Of a DNA stretch of 64,000 nucleotides, positions 1-8,850 are shown one piece after another (position 1 is the stretch's first letter; every line of letters starts with the position of its first letter). Source of the DNA: Candidatus Dormiibacterota bacterium (GTDB taxonomy: Bacteria; Chloroflexota; Dormibacteria; CF-121); NCBI GenBank assembly GCA_036564925.1, contig DATCOB010000082.1, positions 149 through 64,148 on the forward strand. The letters run 5' to 3'. A program made the position numbers and the translations under genes. Below the pieces are notes generated by a model. That model ran no database searches, was not told where the DNA came from, and saw nothing but the letters and a program-made list of their open reading frames with translations.

Positions 1-115
1 TGCTGGTATTCGAGTTCAAGTTCGCGAGCATACGTCGCGAGTCGGAGCTTGCTTGTAGTTCCCTGCCGCGCAGCCCCGGCCAGCGACGTGTGCCACATCT
101 ATCCGGGAACTTCAA

Positions 116-901
116 CTAGCCGGGTCCCGTCGCGAGCTCGATCCCGGTGAAGAGGTCATCTTCCGCAAGGTCCGAGGACGCTCCGACGAGCGAAAAGACC
201 TCTTCGCTCCCCAGTCCGTCCGCCATCTTCCGCAGCGGCTCCCACTCCTGCGTTTGGGTGCGATGGGCGGTGAAGGCCCGGATCCTGGCGTCTTCGAACC
301 CCGTGATCGAGATCCGGGTGGTGATCGCGGACGGCGCCGGTAGCTTGAGGGCCGCCACGGTCGCGGGGGTGGCGCTCTGGAAGTACAACTTGCTCGGGTA
401 CCAGGGAGCGATGCCCAGCGCGACCGATTCGAGCTCATATTGGCCCGGGTCACCGGATCGCGTGCACGCCTGGACGACAAGCCGGCTCAGGACCTTGTGG
501 TCCGGGTGCCCGTAGACACCTTCCGGGCCGAAGGTCACGATCACCTGCGGCCGGTGCATTCGGATGCACTGCACCACGTCGCCAATGAACCGTTCTCGCA
601 CCGCGTCCACCTCTTCGATCTTCTCCAGTGCCCCATCGGGGTAATCGAAGACCTCGAGAAAGGTCACGCCGAGGGCGTCGGCCGCGCCCCGCAACTCCAT
701 CTCCCGCACGTCCGTCAGGCGTCGAAGATCGCCGGCCTCCCGGCCATTCCAGAGGCCCGCGCCGCCTCGCGTCATTGTGACCAGGCCGACCGTTGCACCC
801 TCCGCGGCGTACCGGGCGATGGTCGAGGCGGAGCCGAAGCACTCGTCATCCGGGTGCGGCATCACCACAAGGAGCCGCTGCCCGGCTCGCGAGGTCGACA
901 C
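116..901 (-). CDS. PIG-L family deacetylase (MshB/Mca/BshB-like)
   Basis: Motifs PHPDDE, TMTRGGAG, YPDG, TFGPEGVYGHPDH and AHRTQ. GTG start at 901 lies 2 nt after the upstream stop. Confidence 0.9.
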   Translation of the reverse strand: MSTSRAGQRLLVVMPHPDDECFGSASTIARYAAEGATVGLVTMTRGGAGLWNGREAGDLRRLTDVREMELRGAADALGVTFLEVFDYPDGALEKIEEVDAVRERFIGDVVQCIRMHRPQVIVTFGPEGVYGHPDHKVLSRLVVQACTRSGDPGQYELESVALGIAPWYPSKLYFQSATPATVAALKLPAPSAITTRISITGFEDARIRAFTAHRTQTQEWEPLRKMADGLGSEEVFSLVGASSDLAEDDLFTGIELATGPG

Positions 902-903
902 CG

Positions 904-1371
904 CTACCAGCCGCCCGTACCCGGCTCGCCTTTGAACGGTCCGGTGATGCCGGCCGTGATCCATCCGCCGTAGAAGTCGCCCGCCTGGGCACGGACCCGC
1001 TCATCCCCGATGAAGCAAGCATCGACCCGCCCCGGGTAGAAAGCGAGGTGACCCTGAAGCTCGACGTAGGCGGCCGCCGGCCGGCGATAGGTCCAGCCGA
1101 CTCTCGCGATTCGTCGCCTGTCCATGATGAGATCGAAATACGACGCCGTCCCTTTCCACTCGCAGAAGGAGGTCCCGTTCGCCGGCCTCAGGTACTCCGC
1201 GATCCGGACGTCAGCCGGTGGAAAGTAGATGACCGGGGGATGGCTCGTCTCCAACACGCGCAGCGCGCCCCCGCTCTCGGCGATCGTAACGCCGTCAACG
1301 ACCACCCGGGCGTGGGCACGGAGTGGCTCAACACGCGGGGGTCGTGGATAATCCCACACCGATTCGACCAT
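904..1371 (-). CDS. DUF427 domain protein
   Basis: ESVWDYPRPP, RVLETSHPPVIYFP, CEWKG and FYGGW are typical DUF427 motifs. Confidence 0.88.
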   Translation of the reverse strand: MVESVWDYPRPPRVEPLRAHARVVVDGVTIAESGGALRVLETSHPPVIYFPPADVRIAEYLRPANGTSFCEWKGTASYFDLIMDRRRIARVGWTYRRPAAAYVELQGHLAFYPGRVDACFIGDERVRAQAGDFYGGWITAGITGPFKGEPGTGGW

Positions 1372-1412
1372 CTGCGACGTAGTCTAGGAAATCCCGACCG
1401 CATAATAAGCGA

Positions 1413-1874
1413 GTGCCGCGTGAAGATCCGCCGGCCGGTTCCCGGCGAGAAGTGTCGGCGGGCGGTGTCGTCTTCCGGCAGGGTGCGGGCGGCCCTGAGT
1501 TCGCACTGATCAAAGCCAACGGGCGATGGGTGTTCCCCAAGGGTGTCATGGAGAAAGGCGAGACGCCGGAGGTGACTGCCCTTCGCGAGATCTCCGAGGA
1601 GACTGGTCTTCCACTTGGCGACCTGCGGATCGCGCGGCCGTTGCCGCCCATCGACTATGCCTTTCGCTGGCGAGGGCAACTGGTATTCAAGACCGTCCAC
1701 AATTACCTGGTCGAACTGCGGGGTGAGGCTCCCCTCCGGCCCCAGCTGTCCGAGGTGGAAGAGGCGCAATGGTTTCCGCCGGCACAGGCGCGCCGGGTGC
1801 TCGGCTTTAAGAACGCGCGGCTGACCCTGGATGCGGCGATTGCGGCGGTGGACACGCCCGTGGTCACCTCGTGA
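1413..1874 (+). CDS. NUDIX hydrolase (Ap4A-hydrolase-like)
   Basis: SAGGVV plus Nudix box GVMEKGETPEVTALREISEETG. Confidence 0.9.
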   Translation: MPREDPPAGSRREVSAGGVVFRQGAGGPEFALIKANGRWVFPKGVMEKGETPEVTALREISEETGLPLGDLRIARPLPPIDYAFRWRGQLVFKTVHNYLVELRGEAPLRPQLSEVEEAQWFPPAQARRVLGFKNARLTLDAAIAAVDTPVVTS

Positions 1875-2245
1875 GTGTCATCCTCCTCGTGCACCAGCGG
1901 CTGGCCCTTGCCGGCATCCTGATCACGCTCATCATCGGCCTCTGGGGTCTTATCACCTACCTCAGGAGGGCTCCCGCCAGCAGTGGCTATCGCTCCACGC
2001 TGGTCATGACCGAAGTCCTGTTTTTGGCTCAGGCCGTGGCCGGGATCGCGCTCTTCGTCTTCGGTGGGAAGCGCCCGCACGATGGGCTTCACGTGCTGTA
2101 CGGAGTCCTCCTGGTGATCGCCCTACCGATCGGTGCCAGCTACACCTCCGGGCGGGAACCGCGCCGGGAACCGCTCGTCTACGGGCTGGTTGGGCTCTTC
2201 ATGGTCGGGCTCACCATCCGTGCCATTACGACCGGAGGCGCCTAA
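1871..2245 (+). CDS. Hypothetical 4-TM membrane protein
   Basis: Four hydrophobic segments; GTGA overlap with the NUDIX stop. Confidence 0.75.
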   Translation: MSVILLVHQRLALAGILITLIIGLWGLITYLRRAPASSGYRSTLVMTEVLFLAQAVAGIALFVFGGKRPHDGLHVLYGVLLVIALPIGASYTSGREPRREPLVYGLVGLFMVGLTIRAITTGGA

Positions 2246-2249
2246 AAAC

Positions 2250-2279
2250 GGAAAGAGAGGGCTTGCGCCCTCTCTTTCC
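2250..2279 (-). terminator. Intrinsic terminator (possibly bidirectional)
   Basis: Perfect 13-bp stem GGAAAGAGAGGGC/GCCCTCTCTTTCC. On the minus strand the loop is GCAA and the stem is followed by GTTTTT. Confidence 0.85.
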
Positions 2280-2291
2280 AAAGCCCGCTGA

Positions 2292-2351
2292 CTAGCGGCT
2301 CTTCCGGGTCGCTTTCTTGGCCTTCTTCGTGGCCTTCTTCGTGGTCGCCAT
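2292..2351 (-). CDS. 19-aa Lys-rich small protein MATTKKATKKAKKATRKSR
   Basis: ATG...TAG preceded by TAAGGAGGTGA (2355-2365) and followed by the terminator. Too short for the ORF track. Confidence 0.7.
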   Translation of the reverse strand: MATTKKATKKAKKATRKSR

Positions 2352-2461
2352 GCGTCACCTCCTTATCGCGTGAGCGGCAAACCGCTTGCGCACCTGACGA
2401 TGTGCGCTCATCCGAGATAACGGCGCGTCCAAAACGAACTTGCAGATTTCTTGCGGCCTCG

Positions 2462-3439
2462 TTAGAAGAGGCGGAGTTGATCAACGGCCCCAAGTGGTTT
2501 CGCCCGCAGCCCCCGCCGGCGCAGGTGCATAGCGAGCTCTTCATCGAATCCCAACACCGTGTAGGTCATCGCGGCGCCGACCTGCTCCGCATAACAACAG
2601 AGCTCCTCGAAGTCGGCGTGGTCGGAAAGAGGAAAGACCGCGTCCACAGCGAGGCGATCCTTCAGGCTCCGGTCCATCGCCCAGCCGGTGAGCGCCGCCG
2701 TTTTGAATTCACCGAAGCCCGTGAGCCCGCCGCGGCGTCGTGCGGAGGGTGGGGCGATCACGACGCTGGGGCCGCCCCCTGCCTGATCCAGGCGACGGTA
2801 GGCGGGAAAGGTGCACCCGAGCTCTCGATACACGTCCGTCACCGAGAACAACGCGGGGTGAAGGGCGATCGTCAGCCCTTGTGTGGCGAGCGCGCTAAGG
2901 ATCTCCTGTCCCTTCCCCAGCGAATAGCCGAGCAGGACCGGGGTCCGGCCGCCGTCCAGGACGTCCCAACACCAGGCGATCATGGCTGCCACCACTTCAG
3001 CGGCATCTGGAAAACGGTAGTGCGGCTTTCCGAAGGTGCTCTCCAGCACCAGCACGTCGGCGGGAACTCGCTCGGCCGGTGCGCTGGTAAATCCCTGGCG
3101 GATCTTCAGGTCTCCCGTATAGAGGACACGCCCGAAGCTTGTCTCGACCAGGGTTTGCGCCGAGCCAAGCACGTGACCTGCGGAATAGAAGGTCAACCGG
3201 CAGGTGTCGAGGTCGAGGGATTGCCCATAGGGAATAGCCTCAACCGTGCCGCCGGAGGGCCGTCGATGCGTGACCAGGCGCCGGGTGGCGGGCGTGGCAT
3301 AAGCCAGTGGGTGGGCCGCGACGTGATCGGAGTGCGCGTGGCTGATGACGGCCCGGGGCCGCGGTCGCTTTGGGTCCAACCAGAGTCGTTGCTGCGGAAG
3401 GAAGACACCACTGTCCCATAGGATCGGATATGAGTGCAC
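2462..3439 (-). CDS. MBL-fold/beta-CASP nuclease (ligase-associated DNA damage response exonuclease-like)
   Basis: SHAHSDH, AGHVLGSA, YTGD, ESTFG, GYSLGKGQ and LSDHAD motifs. Confidence 0.88.
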   Translation of the reverse strand: MHSYPILWDSGVFLPQQRLWLDPKRPRPRAVISHAHSDHVAAHPLAYATPATRRLVTHRRPSGGTVEAIPYGQSLDLDTCRLTFYSAGHVLGSAQTLVETSFGRVLYTGDLKIRQGFTSAPAERVPADVLVLESTFGKPHYRFPDAAEVVAAMIAWCWDVLDGGRTPVLLGYSLGKGQEILSALATQGLTIALHPALFSVTDVYRELGCTFPAYRRLDQAGGGPSVVIAPPSARRRGGLTGFGEFKTAALTGWAMDRSLKDRLAVDAVFPLSDHADFEELCCYAEQVGAAMTYTVLGFDEELAMHLRRRGLRAKPLGAVDQLRLF

Positions 3440-3448
3440 GCGTCCGCC

Positions 3449-3775
3449 CTACTCTTGGACGGCGGCGCGACGGTCGAAGAGCTCGTCTCGAAGGGCGCAG
3501 TACGTACAGAACCGCTGACCGGGTGGGCCCGCGAAAACGCTCGTTCGGCCGCAGGTGGGACAGGTCTCCTTCGGCTCCGGCTCGGCGGGGGCCCGGACGG
3601 GTGCCTCGACCACCGGCGCGAGCTCGACCGTTGGTGGATCCAGCACGGCCACGACGGAATCGCTGCGAGTGGGCTTCACGGCCGCTTCCGGTGGCGGCGC
3701 TGGGGCTGGTGCTTCTGGCGGGGCGGCCTCAGCCTCGACGTGTTGCTTGAACAGCCGGGTCAGCCAACGAAGCAC
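3449..3775 (-). CDS. Hypothetical Pro/Ala-rich protein with C-terminal Zn-finger
   Basis: CPTC...FCTYC; lies between two same-strand genes. Confidence 0.6.
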   Translation of the reverse strand: MLRWLTRLFKQHVEAEAAPPEAPAPAPPPEAAVKPTRSDSVVAVLDPPTVELAPVVEAPVRAPAEPEPKETCPTCGRTSVFAGPPGQRFCTYCALRDELFDRRAAVQE

Positions 3776-3822
3776 TCGCGGCTACGGTAGAACACTGGGG
3801 CGGCGGTGTCAAATAAGCCGCT

Positions 3823-4719
3823 CTACGGAAGCAGCGCGAGCTGAACCGGTTCCGGGGGTGGTTGGGCGCGCCAGGCACGGCGATCAGCCACCCCGTGCCG
3901 ACGTTTCAACCGGGCCACCGCCTCGGCGATCGGCACCGTCGCTTCCCGCGGCGCATAGGCGTGGGGGAACAGCTCGCGGTAGCGCGGAATGAGGTGGGGA
4001 TACTCCCGGTCGAGGAATGCCATGAAGTGCTCCTTGGTTCCCGGCTTGAGATAGACGATGTTCGCCCAGAGAAAGCAGGCACCCGCTTCGGCCGCGGCCG
4101 ACACCGTCGCTTCCAGCTGGGCCGGTGCATCACTGAGCCCCGGGAGGACCGGTGCCATGCCGACGCCGGCCTCGACCCCGGCATCGACCAGTTGCTTCAT
4201 CACCTTGAGCCGCTTCCACGGTGGTGGCGTCCCGGGCTCCGTCCTGGACCAAACAACGGGGTCAACGGTTGGCACGCTGAAGCACACCGTCGTCCGAGCC
4301 CGCCTGGACAGTTCAACGAGCACATCGATGTCGCGGACGATCAGGGTGCCCTTCGTGATCAAGCCGACCGGGCTTCGGTAGGCTGACAGCGCCTCGAGGC
4401 ACCGTCGGGTCAACCGGTACGTCCCCTCGATCGGTTGGTAGGGATCCGTGGCGGTCCCGAACGCGACGGTCTCCCGTTTCCAGCTCCGGCTGGACAGTTC
4501 CCCGCACAGCAGTTCCGGAAGGTTGACCTTGACCCCGACCCGATCAGAGAAGCCGGCGCCGGGATCGCGGTCGGCGAGCTTTGCGTGGGCTCGTGCGAAA
4601 CAGTACACGCAGCTGTGGAAGCAGCCCTGGTAAGGGTTCAATGACCAATCGAATCCCATGTGCTGGACCCGGTTGAGGGCCGATTTCGCGACGATCTCGA
4701 AATACTGGGTGCGGGGCAT
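3823..4719 (-). CDS. Radical SAM protein, SplB/Rv2578c-like DNA-repair family
   Basis: LNPYQGCFHSCVYCFAR (CX3CX2C), GTATDPYQPIE and TKG motifs. Confidence 0.9.
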   Translation of the reverse strand: MPRTQYFEIVAKSALNRVQHMGFDWSLNPYQGCFHSCVYCFARAHAKLADRDPGAGFSDRVGVKVNLPELLCGELSSRSWKRETVAFGTATDPYQPIEGTYRLTRRCLEALSAYRSPVGLITKGTLIVRDIDVLVELSRRARTTVCFSVPTVDPVVWSRTEPGTPPPWKRLKVMKQLVDAGVEAGVGMAPVLPGLSDAPAQLEATVSAAAEAGACFLWANIVYLKPGTKEHFMAFLDREYPHLIPRYRELFPHAYAPREATVPIAEAVARLKRRHGVADRRAWRAQPPPEPVQLALLP

Positions 4720-4734
4720 CGGACTTCAACAATA

Positions 4735-4746
4735 GAACATTTGTTC
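4735..4746. promoter_or_regulatory. LexA (SOS/Cheo-type) operator GAACATTTGTTC
   Basis: Perfect GAAC-N4-GTTC palindrome abutting a TATTGT -10 (4729-4734, minus strand) in front of a DNA-repair-family gene. Confidence 0.8.
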
Positions 4747-4824
4747 GGGGGGTGATTGGGGACCGAAACTGATGGGTAAAGACACGGTGCCGGCTCACCA
4801 AATCTGCCGGATAGGAGGACACCG

Positions 4825-4998
4825 ATGATCCTGTTCGCATGGCGGCTCTACCGTCTGCGCAAGACTCTGCAATTGATCCAGGCGCTCCGCCGGCGCGACG
4901 TCGACGGCCTGCTCGGCCGCTCCCTCAAGGGCCGGTTGCTCTGGCGTCCCCTCTACCGGCGGTTCCTGGCCACACGCATGTCGCGCTACGCGCGGTAG
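4825..4998 (+). CDS. 57-aa Arg/Leu-rich small protein
   Basis: AGGAGG RBS at 4813-4818; sequence MILFAWRLYRLRKTLQLIQALRRRDVDGLLGRSLKGRLLWRPLYRRFLATRMSRYAR. Confidence 0.65.
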   Translation: MILFAWRLYRLRKTLQLIQALRRRDVDGLLGRSLKGRLLWRPLYRRFLATRMSRYAR

Positions 4999-5003
4999 TT
5001 GAG

Positions 5004-5166
5004 TTAGCTCAGAAACTTTTACGCGCGTGGCGCCGTCCAGCGGCCCATGGCGCGGCTCGGGCAAAATTCCAATGCCCTCGCCCTGCGCGACAGGCCGCAG
5101 GCGGCGCCCGCGCTATCCGGCGCCATCAGGCGCCGACCGGGCCTGCGGCCCGGCTCATCTGCTTAG
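5004..5166 (+). repeat. Structured intergenic repeat, copy A (MITE/REP-like or ncRNA)
   Basis: Shares a 40-nt identical core with copies B and C. Termini are TTAGCTCAGA...TCTGCTTAG. Confidence 0.85.
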
Positions 5167-5186
5167 TCGATAATGACGCTGTCGCT

Positions 5187-5963
5187 ATGAATGTGATTGT
5201 CTGCGTCAAGCAGATCCCGGATCCGAATGCGCCGGGAAAATTGGACCCGCAAACCAGGCGGTTGGTGCGCGAGGGGGTGGACCTGGTGCTCGATCCTGGT
5301 GACGAGCATGGCGTTGAGGCCGCCCTTCAGGTGGTCGAAAAGGCAGGGGGCGAGGTCACCGTGGTGTCGATGGGGCCGCCTAAGGCGCTCGACGCCATTC
5401 GCAAGGCCCTCTCGATGGGGGGTACCCGAGGCATCCTCATCACGGACCCCCTGCTCGAGAATTCAGACGCGCTGAGCACCGCCCGGGCGATCGCCGCGGC
5501 TGTCAAAGGGCAGCCGTTCGACCTCATCATCTGCGGGACGGAGAGCACGGACGGCTATTCCGGCGCCATGCCCGCCCAGCTGGCCGAACTCCTCGGACTG
5601 CCGCTGCTCAGCTTCGCAAAGAAGCTCGAGGTCGGCGACGGGAAGGCGGTGATCGACCGGCAGACCGACGACGGGTACGACGTCGTCGAGGCGCCGTTGC
5701 CTGCCGTCGTCACCGTGACCGGCGGCATCAATGAGGCCCGCTATCCCTCGTTGCGCGGCATCATGCAAGCCAAGCACAAAGAGGTCAAGCAGGTCGGCGT
5801 CGACGACCTGGGCCTCACGGGTCAGGTGGGGGCGGGGTCCCTCACCCAGGAGGTCGTCCAGGCCGTGCCGGCGGAGGCGCGGAAGGCCGGCGAGGTGGTG
5901 GAAGACAAGGGTGAAGGGGCGAAGCGGGTCGCCGACTTCCTGGCCCAGCTGAAGGTCATCTGA
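5187..5963 (+). CDS. etfB: Electron transfer flavoprotein beta subunit
   Basis: MNVIVCVKQIPD, DLIICG, and RYPSLRGIMQAK motifs. Confidence 0.95.
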   Translation: MNVIVCVKQIPDPNAPGKLDPQTRRLVREGVDLVLDPGDEHGVEAALQVVEKAGGEVTVVSMGPPKALDAIRKALSMGGTRGILITDPLLENSDALSTARAIAAAVKGQPFDLIICGTESTDGYSGAMPAQLAELLGLPLLSFAKKLEVGDGKAVIDRQTDDGYDVVEAPLPAVVTVTGGINEARYPSLRGIMQAKHKEVKQVGVDDLGLTGQVGAGSLTQEVVQAVPAEARKAGEVVEDKGEGAKRVADFLAQLKVI

Positions 5964-6928
5964 TGGCGATCTGGGTGTTCGCCGAGACCGTTGACGGCGC
6001 GCCGCGGCCGGTGGTCCTCGAGCTACTGACCAGGGCGCGCAGCCTCGGGGAGGTCTCCGCCGTCGCCCTGGGACCGGGGGCTGGTCAGGCCACCGAGGCC
6101 CTGGGCGCTTACGGCGCCGGGAAGGTGTTTGTCCATGAGGACCCGGCGTTCCGGGACACCCTGGCCACTCCGGCGGTCGATCTCCTCGCGTCCCTGATCG
6201 AGCGACATCAGCCGGAGGCGGTGCTGTTCGGCATGACCTACGATGGGCGCGACATTGCCTCCCGCTTGAGCGCGAGACTGGGGACCGCGTTGATCGCCAA
6301 CGCGACAGACCTCGATCGCAAAGACGGCACGCTCGCCGTCATCTCGCCGCTGTTCGGCGGAACGACATTGGTGACCACGATCTCAAAATCGAAGCCGCCG
6401 GCGCTGATTCTGGTGAGGCCAAAAGCCTTCACAGCCGAAACGGGCGGGGGCGTCACGCCGGAGGTGGAGCGCCTGACCGATGCGATCGACGCCGCAAAGC
6501 CGGCGGCACGGGTGTTGAAGCGTGAGAAAGAACAGGCCGCCGGGCCGCGGCTCGAGGATGCCGCCGTCATCGTGAGTGGCGGCCGGGGCCTGGGTGGGCC
6601 CGAGAATTTTGGCATGCTCGACGAGTTGGCCGCCGAACTCGGGGCGGCGGTCGGAGCGAGCCGCGCCGTCGTCGATGCGGGCTGGAAGCCCTATTCCTTC
6701 CAGATCGGGCAAACCGGCAAGACGGTCAAGCCCACCGTGTACATCGCGTTGGGCATTTCGGGCGCCATGCAGCACACGGTTGGCATGAAGGGCGCCAAGA
6801 CGATCATCGCCATCAACAAGGACGCGGAGGCGCCGATCTTCAAGCTGGCCGATCTCGGCATCGTGGGCGACGTCCATAAGATCGTGCCCCAGCTGATCAA
6901 GGAGGTCAGATCCCGCAAGGGGAAATGA
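5963..6928 (+). CDS. etfA: Electron transfer flavoprotein alpha subunit
   Basis: [37 protein letters not shown] and INKD motifs. Confidence 0.95.
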   Translation: MAIWVFAETVDGAPRPVVLELLTRARSLGEVSAVALGPGAGQATEALGAYGAGKVFVHEDPAFRDTLATPAVDLLASLIERHQPEAVLFGMTYDGRDIASRLSARLGTALIANATDLDRKDGTLAVISPLFGGTTLVTTISKSKPPALILVRPKAFTAETGGGVTPEVERLTDAIDAAKPAARVLKREKEQAAGPRLEDAAVIVSGGRGLGGPENFGMLDELAAELGAAVGASRAVVDAGWKPYSFQIGQTGKTVKPTVYIALGISGAMQHTVGMKGAKTIIAINKDAEAPIFKLADLGIVGDVHKIVPQLIKEVRSRKGK

Positions 6929-7779
6929 CCTCGAGCGAGCTCAGTCTCCTGGCGGTTCAGCCACACCCCGACGACGAGTCGATCACCATGGGCGGCACCC
7001 TTGCCCGCTACAGCGCCGAGGGTATCCGCACCACGCTCGTGACGGCGACTCGAGGCGAGGTCGGCGAGATCCTCGACAAGGATCTGGACCCGGTGGAGGC
7101 GGCGCCGCGCCTGGCCAGCATCCGCGAGGCCGAGCTTCGCACGGCCTGCGAGATCATGGGCGTCGGCGAGCTCGTCTTCCTCGACTACGAGGATTCAGGC
7201 ATGGCCGGCCTGCCAAGGAACCACGAACCGCGGACGTTCTGGCAGGCGGACGAAGAGGAGGCGATCGCCAGACTCATCGCGGTGATCCGGCGCGTCCGCC
7301 CGCAGGTCATCGCCACCCAGAACGAGGTCGGTGGCTACGGCCACCCCGACCACATCATGACGCACCGTGTTGCCATCGGCGCGTTTTACAACGCGGACAA
7401 CGTCGAGCGGTTCCCCGCCGGCGAGCCGTTCAAGCCCAGCAAGCTCTACTACACGGCCTTTCCCCGGTCGCTGATGAAGGAAATGGGCGAGGCGATGAAA
7501 CGCGCTGGGATGGAGAATCGCTTCTCAACTGACGATGAGCCGCCGGCGTTTACGGTGTCGGACGACCGGATTTCGGCCTGGCTCGACGTCTCACCCTACC
7601 TTGCTGTCAAGATCCGGGCGATGCAGGCGCACAAGACCCAGATCCCGCCGGACAGCTGGTTCATGAAACTACGGGACGCGCTTGGCGACCGAGCATGGAG
7701 GCTGGAAGCGTACGAACGGGTCCGCTCCACCGTCGAGCCGCCCCTGCCGGAGGACGACCTCTTCGCCGGGCTTCGATGA
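6925..7779 (+). CDS. PIG-L family deacetylase (MshB/Mca-like)
   Basis: [28 protein letters not shown] and AHKTQ motifs. Confidence 0.9.
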   Translation: MTSSELSLLAVQPHPDDESITMGGTLARYSAEGIRTTLVTATRGEVGEILDKDLDPVEAAPRLASIREAELRTACEIMGVGELVFLDYEDSGMAGLPRNHEPRTFWQADEEEAIARLIAVIRRVRPQVIATQNEVGGYGHPDHIMTHRVAIGAFYNADNVERFPAGEPFKPSKLYYTAFPRSLMKEMGEAMKRAGMENRFSTDDEPPAFTVSDDRISAWLDVSPYLAVKIRAMQAHKTQIPPDSWFMKLRDALGDRAWRLEAYERVRSTVEPPLPEDDLFAGLR

Positions 7780-8546
7780 GATCGGCGACCGGGCCGGCGG
7801 TGGCGGCCGCGGCTCGATTGCTGGACGGCGCGCGAGCGGCGATCGCGTTCACCGGGGCAGGCGTTTCGGTGGAGAGCGGCATCCCGCACTTCCGCGGCGA
7901 AGGAGGGCTGTGGACGCAGTTCGACCCCTACAAGGTCGCCCACATCGACACCTTCCGCAAGGATCCCGCCCAGTATTGGACGTACAGCCTCAACCATCGC
8001 CGGGCGGGCGCCGAGCCGAATCCCGCGCACCACGCGCTGGCCGAACTCGAACGGTGCGGCCGGCTGCAGGCGGTCATTACCCAGAACACCGACGGGCTGC
8101 ACCAGCAGGCCGGCAGCACCGAGGTGGTCGAGCTCCACGGCTCGTCCAAGGCAGTGGTCTGCCTGACGTGCCAGGCCCGCTACCCCCGGGACGAAGTCGA
8201 CCGGATGAACGCCGTGCAATGTCCGCCCCGCTGCCGATCGTGCGGGGGCTGCTTTCTGAAACCGACCGTGGTGCTCTTCGGCGAGCCGCTCCCGGTTGAG
8301 GCGCTGCGGCGGGCGCAGGCCCTCGCCCGGGAGGCGGACGCCGTGCTCGTGGTCGGAAGCTCGTTGCAGGTCTACCCGGCCGCCGGGATCCCTCGCCTGG
8401 CGAAGGAGCATGGCGCCGAGCTCTGCATCGTCAACGCGGAACCAACTCCCTACGACGACCGAGCGGCGATCGTGATCCACGCCAGAGCCGGGGAAGTGCT
8501 GCCCCGGATTGTCGGCGCGATGGCGCCGCTCAGCCCACCTCGTTGA
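7776..8546 (+). CDS. cobB: Sir2-family NAD-dependent deacylase
   Basis: [39 protein letters not shown], two CxxC pairs and [10 protein letters not shown]. Confidence 0.93.
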   Translation: MRSATGPAVAAAARLLDGARAAIAFTGAGVSVESGIPHFRGEGGLWTQFDPYKVAHIDTFRKDPAQYWTYSLNHRRAGAEPNPAHHALAELERCGRLQAVITQNTDGLHQQAGSTEVVELHGSSKAVVCLTCQARYPRDEVDRMNAVQCPPRCRSCGGCFLKPTVVLFGEPLPVEALRRAQALAREADAVLVVGSSLQVYPAAGIPRLAKEHGAELCIVNAEPTPYDDRAAIVIHARAGEVLPRIVGAMAPLSPPR

Positions 8547-8850
8547 CGGGGAAGGTCTGACCACAGCTGGGGCACACGACCAGCGCCTGTGTCGCCGGCG
8601 CGCCGAAGAGGGTTTCGCAGCTGGGACAGGCGTATTCCCGGGGCGGATTCTCGAGGAGCGTCCGGTCCTGCTCCATCGCGTCCGGCACTTGCCCCAGGTC
8701 CAGGGCCGGGCTTCCGCACTCGGTACAGCGGTACAACGGCGCGTCGACCACCCGGTGCTCCAGGTACCGTCCGAGGGTGTCCACGAACACGGACGCATTC
8801 CAGAGTTCGAAGCGGTTATTCGTGCACCGGTTGGGGCACGCGAGAAACAT
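8530..8850 (-). CDS. Multi-Zn-ribbon hypothetical protein
   Basis: CPNRC, CTEC, CPSC and CPSC; start overlaps the aminotransferase stop. Confidence 0.75.
   Translation of the reverse strand: MFLACPNRCTNNRFELWNASVFVDTLGRYLEHRVVDAPLYRCTECGSPALDLGQVPDAMEQDRTLLENPPREYACPSCETLFGAPATQALVVCPSCGQTFPVNEVG

Noticed and set aside
1-98. Possible gene start on the minus strand (ATG 98, MWHTSLAG...YARELELEYQ, or a leaderless TTG after TATGCT)
   Set aside because: It is cut by the window edge, two frames are plausible and no motif decides between them.
2402-3421. Long antisense or alternate-frame ORFs (e.g. 2402-3421 +, 9012-10034 +, 18894-20366 -, 42195-43880 +, 14771-15574 -)
   Set aside because: These are shadow ORFs of recognisable genes in high-GC DNA; they have no motifs and Arg/Pro/Gly-skewed composition.
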